This document shows positions 1 through 10,986 of a stretch of 64,000 bases of DNA, piece after piece. The stretch comes from Phoronis australis. Taxonomy: Eukaryota; Animalia; Phoronida. A program made the position numbers and the translations under genes. The notes below the pieces were generated by a model. The model did not search any database and had not been told where the DNA came from. It saw only the letters and a list, made by a program, of their open reading frames with translations. The number at the start of each line of letters is the position of its first letter. Within the stretch, counting starts at the first letter, position 1. Location: assembly GCA_002633005.1 (NCBI GenBank), contig NMRA01001040.1, positions 1 through 64,000 of the forward strand. The letters are read 5' to 3'.

Positions 1-127
1 CTTGAAATGTTAATAAACATTCCATTACTCGGCGAGCAAACATTTGTGCCTGGTGGTTGCGCGCGCCGAAATGCTCATCAATGATGCTGTCATCGGCGTA
101 GCGCATTGATGGCATAAGTTATCGTAT

Positions 128-392
128 TGAGACTACGCCCCACTATACCGTCACTTACGGGTCGTAGACGGTACATGTACGTTAAATTAAAAAGGTGGTT
201 GCTACGATAAAACGTAAAAAGGTGGTTGCTACGATAAAACGTAAAAAGGTGGTTGCTACGATAAAACGTTAAAAGGTGGTTGGCTGCAACTACGCCAAAC
301 GTATACCATAACTCCTGATGGGTAGGGGCTATGTTAAACAGCAAAAAGTAGTTGGCTGCGCCTACATGTACCTACGCCCCACTACAGCACTG
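128..392. mobile_element. Terminal part of a hAT-like non-autonomous DNA element with an internal 27-bp tandem repeat
   Basis: Ends in ...CCCCACTACAGCACTG (reverse complement CAGTGCTGTAGTGGGG, a hAT-like terminus). AAAAAGGTGGTTGCTACGATAAAACGT is repeated about 3.5 times at 188-282. The other terminus was not found. Confidence 0.4.
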
Positions 393-1994
393 TCAGACTA
401 TTGACCAATCGACCCACAGACCCTTTGGACCACTCCATCCCTTGTTGAGTCATTTAAGCAGACATCAAAGTTACTTTGAGAATTCAAAGATATTTTTAAG
501 TATTTTTTCACAACATATGGTCTGGTGTATGTGCCCTCCTTTTAATAACAACAGAAAATATGTTTAGTGAATACACATTCTAGGCACTTGGTTAGTAAAG
601 ATTTGAGAACCTGTATATTCTGGCAACTTAGACAAAATAACTTCAGAAAATTATTTTAGCCTAGATTTTCCCATTTCAAGTTTGAGATTTGGTTTTCAAT
701 CACTGACTTCCAAGGGCTCATTTAAGAGTTAAAAAAGATCTAGGGTTGATACTAGATCACTCACATTAAATCAATGTCAAAACATGTACGAATCACTGTT
801 TCTTGCTACATTAAGTAAAAATTCACATTTAAAGAACAGGCAAACAACACAGCATATCAATACCTTTGGTCACTAATTTTCCAGGCTTGTTTGAAGTGTA
901 AAATATTTTTTAAGGAAAAGTGTTTGGTTGACATTTAGGACTGAACCGGACCAAACTGCGAAAGTTTTATGAAAGATTTTACTCAATGCCTCACGATGTT
1001 TTAGTGTAAATGCTAGTATGAAATGTGCTTTTCCAGTATTTGCCTCTTGTTAGAATTTGTAGTATATTGCTTATTTATTTGATCGAGGGATTCCATCTTA
1101 GAGGGACTTTTGTAGCGTTCCAGTCCACAAAATGTACGTTTTTCTTAGGAAAATCGGTACTGAAAGGACATCCATTGGTAAGGAATTCTCTCAGAAAGGC
1201 ACCATTTCGCAGTGAATCTGGAAAATCTTACGAAGTGCAATTCTTCTCAGAGATATAAAGCATAGAAATCTACAACTCTCGGGAGTTTTTAAAGAAAAAG
1301 GAATTATTCAGCTCATAATACTATGGGGGTGGTTAGATTTTGAAATACTTTTAGGATGGACAGATGCGCGTATTAGGCCGCATCTTCTGCATTAGAACTA
1401 GTTCCTAGGACTCTATTAAAAGCATGTTAGCCATTCCCATAATCACCACTCTGATACATGAATTTGCTATTACTTTAATAATCAAAATATTAAGGAATTT
1501 GAAAGACTTACCATAGACTTAGATCTCGTATGTACCATACACTTAGATCTCGGATGTACCATCTTCCACACAAACATTCTTGTTTCAGATAAAACGAAGT
1601 AAAACTTGCCTCAACTCAAACTGTAAAACGGATGTTCAACCCCAACTCTATTAACACTAAAATCAAAACCTCAGACACTTGTTTCAGTGGAAGGTCAAGT
1701 AACTTAATGGTCATTACGTAACAGTATACCAATGTAGGTCACATATGGCACTCTGTAGCAGAGCACTCATAATAACAGTGACATCTTTTGGGAGAGACTG
1801 CACAGAGTTATATATAGGATGTTGTGATGAAACCAAGTTGTTGAGAGAATACACGTGTAGGCACTGTGCATATCAAATAACAGTTTCTGATATGTCTGAA
1901 ATTGTGGGGCATTATATATACCCCACAATTTTTTGCAACCCCACAGTAAAGGTCTCATATATAAAAATGCCCCGGATCTGTATAGTTCTCTTAG

Positions 1995-2027
1995 TATATA
2001 TATATATATATATATATACATATATAT
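1995..2027. repeat. (TA)n microsatellite
   Basis: Direct reading. Confidence 0.95.
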
Positions 2028-2152
2028 TAATAAACAAAAAATGCTTTCAGGTGCTTGGTGCAATAGGCCTGGCTGAGCGGCCTGCACATGTCTGATGCGA
2101 TGTGTATCGGACCATCTGCAATATTTTTAAAATAATGCATTAACCTTTCCAG

Positions 2153-5100
2153 TTCCTGCATCCAGTGTTATAGATGATGGTAATGTATCTGATGAAGAGA
2201 AGCAAGCAGTCCTTGAAGATGAAAATATCACCTTAGTTGATGTGAGTCGACAAGACACTGACATTGAAGGTTATGAGTAGCGTTATCACTTTGTCTGCAT
2301 GTAGCCTATAGAATAAACTCGGTGCAAGAGTTGATGTTCTAAAGGTAGAAAGTGCTTAAAATTTATTTTTTCGTGTGGCCATTCAATTTGTTATTTTTAT
2401 TAGTAAAATTAGCAAAAAAGAAAAGATACATTCATATCAAAAATGGTAGAGACCTGACTTAATTTCTTTTTATGATAAGTATTGAACATAAAGTCTCTCA
2501 CGCTCTCTCAGTTTTCTAAATTGCCTTTCATATGTGTTTTGCCTTTTTGAAACAATTCCTTATGTTGGAGACAGATGTATCTGAAAGCTACACTAGATTT
2601 TGACCATCCATTCTTAGATATTATGCTCCAGAGTTAGCCAAATTTTGTGATGTTGATTTCGATTAACACAACTGCTATTAGAACTTTGAGAAACAATAAA
2701 TAAATCTACTACTGGACTTACGTATGTAGAGATGGCTACGTTGCGTCCTCCTCTCGAGGACTTCATCAGGCCACTGAGTTGTCACGTGACTTGTCATGTG
2801 ATCCGTCGTGTAGTTTCCGCGGGATTCTCTTCAGCGCCCTATCCTAAGTCCAGTAGTAGATTTATTTATTGTTTCTTATATTGCCCAACTGGATGACTGA
2901 AAACATTCATCGTATTATTAGAACTTTGAGTTTCCAGAGTAATTTAGGGCACATTGTAAATTTATTGTTGGACTGTCAATCTTAAATACACCTCTCACAG
3001 ATATAAATAGCTGGTTGTACCAACACAAACATCAGCAAAAAACAAATCTTGTAAGTGAACCTACGTGCCCCTTTTAATATGTGTTGTAGATATATTGAAT
3101 TGGGTTACTCAACAATGTTTTGTGTTTTTATTCTACCCTGCATAACAGGTCAAACCATGTAATAAAAACGTGATTGTGTAGTTTATCATAATTTTTGTAT
3201 TGTTGTTGGGCCTTATGTCACTTGTGTGGTTGATAGTTGGTCTGATTATCTTTCAGGATTCAGATGTGCTCGACACATTCACTGGCCTTCCTCTCCCAGA
3301 TGACGAACTTCTCTACGCCATCCCCTATTGTGCTCCTTACTCAATGTTACTTAACTTTAAGTGAGTAAACAGTAATACACCTTAACTTTAAGTGTGTAGA
3401 CAGTAACGTAACAAACCTTAACTTTAAGTGAGTAAATAGTAAGAACCCTTAACTTAAAGTGAATAAACATTAAAACACATTAGCTTTAAGTGAATAAACA
3501 TTAACTTTAAGTCAATAAACATTAATATACCTTATTTTTAAGTGAGTAAACAGTAAGATGCCTTAACTTAAATTGAGTAAACATTATTATACATTATCTT
3601 AAAGTGAGCAAACATTAATATACCTTAAGTTTAAGTGAGTAAACAGTAATATACCTTTACTTTAAGTGAGTAAACAGTAATATACCTTTACTTTAAGTGA
3701 GTAAACAGTAAGATACCTTAACTTAAAGTGATTAAAAAGTAAAATACATTTAATTAGCTGTAAGTGAGTAAGCAGTAACATACCTTAACTTTAAGTGAAT
3801 AAACAATAATATACCTTAACCGTAAGTGAGTAAACAGTAATGTACATTAACTTGAAGTGAGTAAAAATTAAAGTACATTAGCTTTAAGTGAGTAAACAAT
3901 AAAATACTTTAACTTTAAGTGAATACACAGTAACACACCTTAACTTTGAGTGAGTAAACAGTAATATTCCTTAACCTTAAGTGAGTAAACAGTAATATAC
4001 CTTAAGTTGAAGTGAGTAAAAATTAGTACATTAGCTCAAGGCTTGGAATTTTCCGCGGAAATGCGGATTTCCGCTTTTTTCAAATGTTCTGTCCGCGCAT
4101 TTTATTATATTTCCGCGTAAAAAAAATTGGATTTGATATAAAATTTCCGCGGCAAATTCCTTTCTTACCGCGGCGTTGCCGACGACGTTCACCTCGAAAA
4201 GCGGAAGTTGCTCTGTATGTTTCGGAGGAACGTAAATTGTCAACATTGCCGGGGCAGTTGGGATAGCGTCTTGTGTGATTGTAAACCGCGGTGATAAATA
4301 CTACGGCTCTGCAGCCAAAAATGTGTGGGGGTGGGAGTGGATGGACGATCTAAAAAGACGCAGACGTATGGTACTGATGGTGGTAACGTTTTTTTTTTTA
4401 GTACTCTCGATTTTTGTCGGCGAAAGGTTCACATGGAGTATTTCAAGGCTGGGTAGCGCGCATGTTTTGGGCCGTAAAAGTTTCCGCGTTTTTTGTCATT
4501 GGTCATTCCAAGCCCTGTTAGCTATAAGTGAGTAAACATTAAAATACTTCAACTTTAAGGGAGGAAAAATAATAAACCTTAACTTTAAGTGAGCAAACAG
4601 TGGCACTCTATTGGAGTTCAAAGTAGCTGTATTGCTGTAGAATCACTACAATAGTTATTTAGATGTACCTCCATGCTATTGTGGTCAGAATTGACTGCAT
4701 TTGGTGCTGAAAATGAAATTGTTGTCTTGACTTTGGACATGTGAGAGAAAACTTTTGTCCTATAAAACAGCTGTTACTGTGGAGGTGTCTCAGCTTCAAA
4801 TTGTTTTAGCAACTGCTGTGAACCAGTCAAAGTTGAAACTTAAACTCTACATATACATTTGAATATCAATGCTGGGTCCAAGGGCCCATTTTATCAAGGA
4901 TTTCAAGTTCAGTCATTGCTGAGATAGTCCTGGGAAGTTTATTGTTTTATTGAAACTGAAGTTTTATGTGTTGATAATTTTCATGATCAGACTTATTGAC
5001 CATCTCTACGTACCACGTGAATGAACTGTGTGCAAAATTGAAGTTGCGACTGTCTAAGCTATAACTGGTCTGACAACCTTTGATGAGACGGGCCTCGCTG

Positions 5101-7907
5101 CGTGGATGTAACAGTCTCTAATAGGGACTCATCTAAGTTCTCTAAATTTGCTGCAAATTTTTGGGCTTGTAAACACAATTATTGTCGCAGATGATGCTGT
5201 TTTAGTTTCACTACTTTATCAATTATTTGGCTTTTATACAAATTGAGAATGAACTCTATGTTGAATAGTCATATTATTAAAAATAAGAAGGGATTTCAAT
5301 GCCCCTAATATAAGAAGTAAGTCCCTATTTATATTAGTCTAACTAAGGACTCAGATTTTAGATTTATTTTTAAAAATGCTGTTAATCGAAGAGGGCCTCA
5401 TAATAAAGATAAAGCCATAAAAAATATAATTACATCTGTGATTGAACAATAACACAAATATACAGAATATTTTGGAGACTTAGTCGAGTTTTTATTTGGG
5501 ACTGCTTCATGCAAATGAGTACAGGTGCCTGAAATTTATATGTTGAATCACATTGATAACATAGTATTGCACGTCACGTTCTCAATCACAATGATAACAT
5601 CATACTGTTGTGTGTCACGTTCTCATTATTGAATAATACTTTTGACAACTTGTAGAAATTAAACCTGTACAGAAGATAAGCTTTGAGATTTTGTGCAACC
5701 TAGCCCTGATGAATGGGTTTGCTTACTGGTTTCACAACTATATATCAAAGGGAGATAATTGATGCTATTTCAGTGTGTGGCATAAGACTTTGTTGCTGTG
5801 TCCATCCATGGATGTTGTCACTTAGCAGCTGTCTGGTAAAAATGATCTTTTTTGCCGAAAAACTTGACGTGTCTAAAACTTTCAACCACATGACGCAACT
5901 TTTGTAAAAACACACTTGCACAATGTAAAGTAATTCAGTTACTTTTTGTCAATAGTTTTATTTTAAGTTTTATTGCATTCAGCTTTCGTAGCAAAGTTAG
6001 AATCTAATGAATAGTCTTTGAAGTTGTAATATTAAAACTTCAAAAACCTTTATAAATAACAAACAGCAAAGCTTCCCCGTGCGTGAGCACTGAATTGACC
6101 TTGAGACAGCACAGCTAGACAGTCTTGTCGTGTTTCTTGAGTTGGGGCTCGTCTCGGTTTAAATGAACGTGGATATGGAATTTGCCACTGAAGATGAGTC
6201 CGTTTAAGAAGTTGTTTGCATGTCCTTCCGACTGGCAGTACGTACAGTTGCGAAACCCGATTTGTCAATCATAACCTTGTCACCTTCTCGGAATTTTGGC
6301 ATTGTTTGCTTGGCACGCTCTTGGTTGTTTTGAAGACAATAAAATTTAAAGCGTATGGATTTCTACTTTGCACTACTTTGTGATACGCCCATGTAATATT
6401 AAAAAAATTAGTCGGTGTTATTAGCCAGTCTTGTTGTAACACATTCCAGGTCATGTGAGAAAATGACTTTATGTCATGGTTGTAATTTTTTTGCATTATT
6501 ATTTTCAGTATCTAGATTTTTACAGCAAGGAGGACTAGTTTTGTTGACAACGTTTGTCTAATTGTGTTGCAGATATAAAGTAAAATTAACACCAGGAAGC
6601 ACAAAGAGAGGCAAAGGTAAAATGTCTGACATAAACTGTTATGAAAATCGTATGATATGTGTACAACTTGTTACTTATATATTAAATACTATTTCTGCTT
6701 AATATCAAATTTTGACAGTTCTTACCTTAAAATTAAGTAAAATTGTGTGTATCTTTGCCAGTACATGTTTGATTTACGTTAAAATATGCAGCTTTTTGAT
6801 AGTTTTCATGTTTAATGGAAGGTGTCTTTTCATATTCTGCCGACAATCCCAAATTGATCAACGACTAGTAAATAACCACGCCGTGCACGCTGTTGCATTT
6901 TTGCTTATGATGACCTCATTCATTTACAAGTTACTGCATCACATCTCACTTTTTTGACTGTCTGTTATGTGGTTGTATAACAGTCTATGGAAACACCTCT
7001 TGGAATAATTAACTTGTACAACAAAGCCGCCATGGTCTTTGCATGCTTGTGAGCATGTAGCTGTCATTTAATTTTCCATCGATTCCAGGGACAAACAACT
7101 TTGCCTATAATGTGTTGCAACTTTTCTCGTTGTATTAATTGATGAAACTTTCATTGTGCCTTCCATATATCCATTATTTATGTGAGAGCTTACTGGTGTT
7201 ATCTCTGTGTGTGAGGCGTTCCACCATCCTGATGTTAGCTTCTTTGTCTCACAAATGTTTACACTGTGTCCCATATTGACTTTCTCTGCATTGGATTTAT
7301 TTTCATTTAAATATTTTTAGTCAATTATGGGTTGTTTTAGTAAATGTGCTGCGTCGATTTTGTACTTTTGGACTTTGGTTGCTCAGTGATCTTATTCCAT
7401 TCACTGGTCTTGCTTCATTCACACATTGTCTCTGTCAGTGAACTTATTCACCTTTTGTAATTGACAGCTGCCAAGACAGCACTTCACATGTTTACGGTTG
7501 ACCGCATGGCCACAAGTCGTGAGAGGGACCTACTTAAAAGTATTAAGGTGAGTGTGGAGAACCCTTCAGGTTAGCTATGTATTGATCAGAGAATTAAGCT
7601 TCAAAGGATAATTACCTGATCTTCATTTATCGGATCTTTAGGTAAATATTGATAGAAAAACATTGTAAAGTTGCATGGAAATGGCGAGATTATTGTAAAA
7701 TATTTATTTAGCAGTTTTCACTTGAAAGCTAGCAATGTTAGCCTCTCCTTTACAAATTTTAATTCCTATCAAATCCGAAATATTTTGTATTTAATATTTA
7801 TTTAATTTGTAAATTGTTATTTATAGGACTCTGACTTGTCAAGAAATTTACCTGGAAAAGTAAAAGTGTCTGCCCCAAATCTGCAGAAATCGAAAGGAAA
7901 GAAATGA
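2153..7907 (+). CDS. NEMF: Nuclear export mediator factor / ribosome quality control subunit Rqc2, last five coding exons (5' part upstream of the window)
   Basis: Exons 2153-2241, 3257-3360, 6573-6616, 7468-7547 and 7827-7907 have AG/GT boundaries and consistent phases. They translate to ...DEEKQAVLEDENITLVD|DSDVLDTFTGLPLPDDELLYAIPYCAPYSMLLNFK|YKVKLTPGSTKRGK|AAKTALHMFTVDRMATSRERDLLKSIK|DSDLSRNLPGKVKVSAPNLQKSKGKK*, the recognisable NFACT-C (DUF3441) C-terminus of NEMF. AATAAA follows at 7911. Confidence 0.95.
2691..2915 (-). mobile_element. Penelope-like retroelement remnant with inverted repeats and a 15-bp target-site duplication
   Basis: TATTAGAACTTTGAG flanks both sides (2676-2690, 2916-2930). 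A ~30-bp inverted repeat (AAACAATAAATAAATCTACTACTGGACTTA / TAAGTCCAGTAGTAGATTTATTTATTGTTT) encloses a hammerhead-like motif. Confidence 0.65.
2732..2774 (-). ncRNA. Minimal type-I hammerhead ribozyme-like motif (core variant GCAA)
   Basis: Minus strand reads GTGGC-CTGATGA-A-GTCCTC-gagag-GAGGAC-GCAA-CGTA-GCCAT: 5-bp stem I, 6-bp stem II, palindromic ACGT in place of stem III, GUA site. The core has GCAA instead of GAAA. Confidence 0.6.
3350..4600 (+). repeat. 31-bp minisatellite made of the NEMF exon end plus 5' splice site, about 25 copies, interrupted by a MITE
   Basis: Unit is approximately TTAACTTTAAGTGAGTAAACAGTAATATACC. The first copy overlaps the real exon/intron junction at 3360/3361. 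Confidence 0.92.
4037..4517. mobile_element. 481-bp hAT-like MITE with a 6-bp TSD
   Basis: TIRs are CAAGGCTTGGAAT and ATTCCAAGCCCTG (one mismatch). TTAGCT is duplicated at 4031-4036 and 4518-4523. The interior is GC-richer with repeated TTTCCGC motifs. Confidence 0.8.
4882..5096. mobile_element. PIF/Harbinger-like MITE
   Basis: Imperfect TIRs GGGCCCATTTTATCAAGG and CTTTGATGAGACGGGCCT. Confidence 0.45.
5095..5520. mobile_element. MITE, diverged copy of the family at 10578-10986
   Basis: Shares the internal blocks GTCCCTATTTAT...CTAAGG...CAG, CTCATAAT..AGATAAA and TTACA.CTGTGA, plus degenerate TIRs, with 10578-10986. Confidence 0.55.
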
Positions 7908-10209
7908 TTTAATAAATGTATGGTAAAATCTCACCACTTTAGGACACAAGATGACAGACAAGTGAAATCTTATTTTCTCATTCTTTTCAGATAAAACATA
8001 TAATGCTCTGTCATGTTCAAGTTGAGTGCCACTGCCACCAACAGACAATGTTTTGAAAAACTGGTCATTCGTAACAATGTTAAAAGACATTGAAAATTTG
8101 GTAATTTGACAATGGGTTTTGTTCGAAATTTGTGGGATTTTACCATCGATTGTTCTTCTGTTATTTGTCGACTGCCAAAATGACGGTTTGATAAACTATG
8201 GTTCTGGAAAACATTGTAAGTTTGTGTGGAGAATTAAATTGTTTCTTCCATGAAATTAGTCGACTTAACGTCCATCAAGCTCAGTTTGTAAGACTTGCAT
8301 GTTCATGAAATTGAGGTTAAAGTGATTAAGTTGCAGTCATGGCTGTGATCTGATAATAATACAATCATAATAATTTCCTTCATTGAACAGTATAAAGGCA
8401 GTTGTTGAATTCCAAGCAGTTATGTAACTGTTGATAATCAAGATACCACAAGATTTCTGTAATCATGGAATGTTGATGAAAAATTGTTGTCCCAATTTTA
8501 GGATCAAATGTTTTATTGTTGCTGTTATTATGAAGTTTATAGTAGTACTCGGCTTAAAGAGACAACAGCAGTGCTACAGAACAATAACAATATATAGAGT
8601 TAGAATAGAAACCGATTATACTTAGTACACATGAGGCCAAAAATAGCAGAATTGGTTCACTCTAGTCTGTTTTGAAAATTGTTGGGCTGATGCAGTTGCC
8701 TGCTGAACTAGGTCAAGATCTTTCTTTTTTTCAGTGTCGCCTAATGCTGGCTGAAATGAGTTGGGTTCTCTCTTTTTTACCCAACGCGACATGTTGGCCC
8801 TTTGTGGTGTAGGATTCAAAATGAGCTGGGTGCATACCAGAACCGCATATGCTATTTTTGGAATATTGAGGATGATAAATCCAGTAACTAAATGATAAAG
8901 ACCTGTGTGTACTCTGTATACTATTGTGGTAACAAATAATAAAATAATATATAATAATAATAAAAGCACAATTATACATATACCAAGCACAAATAAATAA
9001 GACTGAAAAGAAAAAGTGAGGGTAGCTAAAACAGATTCTACTATTATATACATCTACAACCAGGGTATATGGAACAAAAATTAACTTTGTGCTATTTGGT
9101 TCTTTTGATTTTCATCCTGATCATCCCCATGCAGTTGATTTCCGCAAAGGTGCCATTTTGTAATCCTGGTTCAAGGGAACTAATGAAACTAATGTGGTGA
9201 GCCCTTTGTTTTAATGGAAAACTATAGTCCCAGTAGAGGTATGGATTAATTCTTTTAGATTTGACATCTGTGAAACCTTGGGTTATTGCATGGGTATGAT
9301 AAATGAAAGTTGTGGTTTTTAAAATGAACATAAACGCCTCTACATTGAATTATCATTTTTATTAAGTAAACTAGTAACAAACATAACAGATGAAAATTAA
9401 GATTTCTATTGCAGTCTAAAAATCTAACAAGAAAAGCAGTTTTGAGTATTGGGCAATAAATGGTGTAACTGAACTAAAGTCTGAAGTGTGTTGGTGTGCT
9501 TTTCGTTATGAAGAGTTTGGATAGAGGCAGAAAATAGTTTTCATGCATTGAAATCTCTTGGAAAATAAGAAAACTTGAAACTAATGGAAAATTTCGCAAG
9601 ATATGAGACCCGAATCTTTTAGTAGATGCTAACCAACAATCATGATCTTAAGTTATATTTTTGTGGAAAATTAACTGGTCATCATAAAAAAGCATGCCCT
9701 GAAGCTCATGGGAATGAAAAACAAAGAGGTCGGAAGTGAGACCCCTTTAAAAATATTGATCAATTCTCCAAGACTGGTAAGCTCCAAGTACATTAGGTGG
9801 CACTAGTTATGAGACCATTTTATCTCGAGAACGAACCCACGGACGTGAAGAGATTTTTGCTGTCTATTGGATAATGAAAGAGAATAAATGTAGCTTTTCT
9901 TCACTAGCCCCACCTCTCATTAGTCTGGGGCTCCAAATGAATTTTGAATCTTCCCATCTGATTTAAAGCTTAATTTGGTTTGGTTTCATTAGACTTGGGG
10001 TGTAGCATTGATTGAGATGTAAAGTTTATGAAGTGAAAATTTCCACATCGCTAACACTTTTAAGTATCGTGTTTCGGTTTTTATATTGAAGTACATTTTA
10101 TAGATTTCAAAGTATCACTTTGTTTAAGCGTGGAATGCATGATTGATTTTGGAATGATTTTCTGGTCTTGTCGAAAATAAAAACATAATTATGTCGTTGA
10201 TGATCTCTG

Positions 10210-10491
10210 TCACATTATGGGAGTATCTGTTCTGAACCCGTCCGTCCTCAAGTCCACGCTTGACCCCGTCCTTGGTGTAAAGTATTTGCGAGCTTGAACA
10301 TTTTTGGAGATTGTATACAGACTTGGGAAAGTGTCGTCTGCTGGGTCGTCTGGTACCTCGGACGGCTCATCGATTTCTTGGTCTGCGTGACAATGTTCCT
10401 GTTCTGTGATGTCGTCGATATCCTCGATAGATATCGTAGGATTAGTCTGGTTGTCTGGACTTTCAGAACACTCCGTCACAGAAGTGAAATC
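10210..10491 (-). CDS. Probable alternative terminal coding exon of the TMEM196-like gene (acidic, disordered tail)
   Basis: Acceptor ttatatttag|GAT at 10492/10491 opens a 93-aa frame DFTSVTECSESPDNQ...RTDTPIM* with protein-like composition and raised GC. It is phase-compatible with an internal donor CAG|GTACTT at 13487/13486 in exon 3. Confidence 0.55.
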   Translation of the reverse strand, partial: DFTSVTECSESPDNQTNPTISIEDIDDITEQEHCHADQEIDEPSEVPDDPADDTFPSLYTISKNVQARKYFTPRTGSSVDLRTDGFRTDTPIM

Positions 10492-10577
10492 CTAAATATA
10501 AAAACGAATTATGGGTGCTGTATTACCATCGAATTTCATATCTGAGCTCTATGCACAGGCGGATGGAGGGTGTCAGT

Positions 10578-10986
10578 ACCCGGTTGCATGAAACGGTCCC
10601 AAATAGGGATTCAACTTGTTCTTTAAATTTACCGCGTATTTGTGGACTTGTAGAAACACTGTTTGTCTTTTCTCAAGCTACTTAAGTTTCATTACTAAGT
10701 CTGCTTTTGGCTTTGGCATTGATACAGATGTAGAGTGAAATCTATTATTGAAAATATGCAGGGATCTTTTCATGCAGCGCTTCTAATTTAAAGACTGAGT
10801 CCCTATTTATTTCCGTTGAACTAAGGGTTCAGTTTTTAGTTATATTATTAGAAAGCGTCAGTATTTAAAAAGCTCATAATGGAGATAAAATGATAGAAAA
10901 AGATTACACCTGTGAGCAATGAACGACAACAAGTGCGTAAAAGATTTAGGGAACTCAATTAGCCGACTGTTTCACGCAACCGAGCA
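10578..10986. mobile_element. MITE (Harbinger-like TIRs)
   Basis: TIRs CGGTTGCATGAAAC and GTTTCACGCAACCG; a second copy lies at about 5095-5520. Confidence 0.65.

Noticed and set aside
3350-4600. CRISPR-like array of ~31-bp repeats
   Set aside because: Units are head-to-tail with no unique spacers, no cas genes are present, and the context is a eukaryotic intron.
8622-9053. 143-aa hydrophobic ORF
   Set aside because: Hydrophobicity comes from T-rich low-complexity sequence in a probable 3'UTR; no family motifs.
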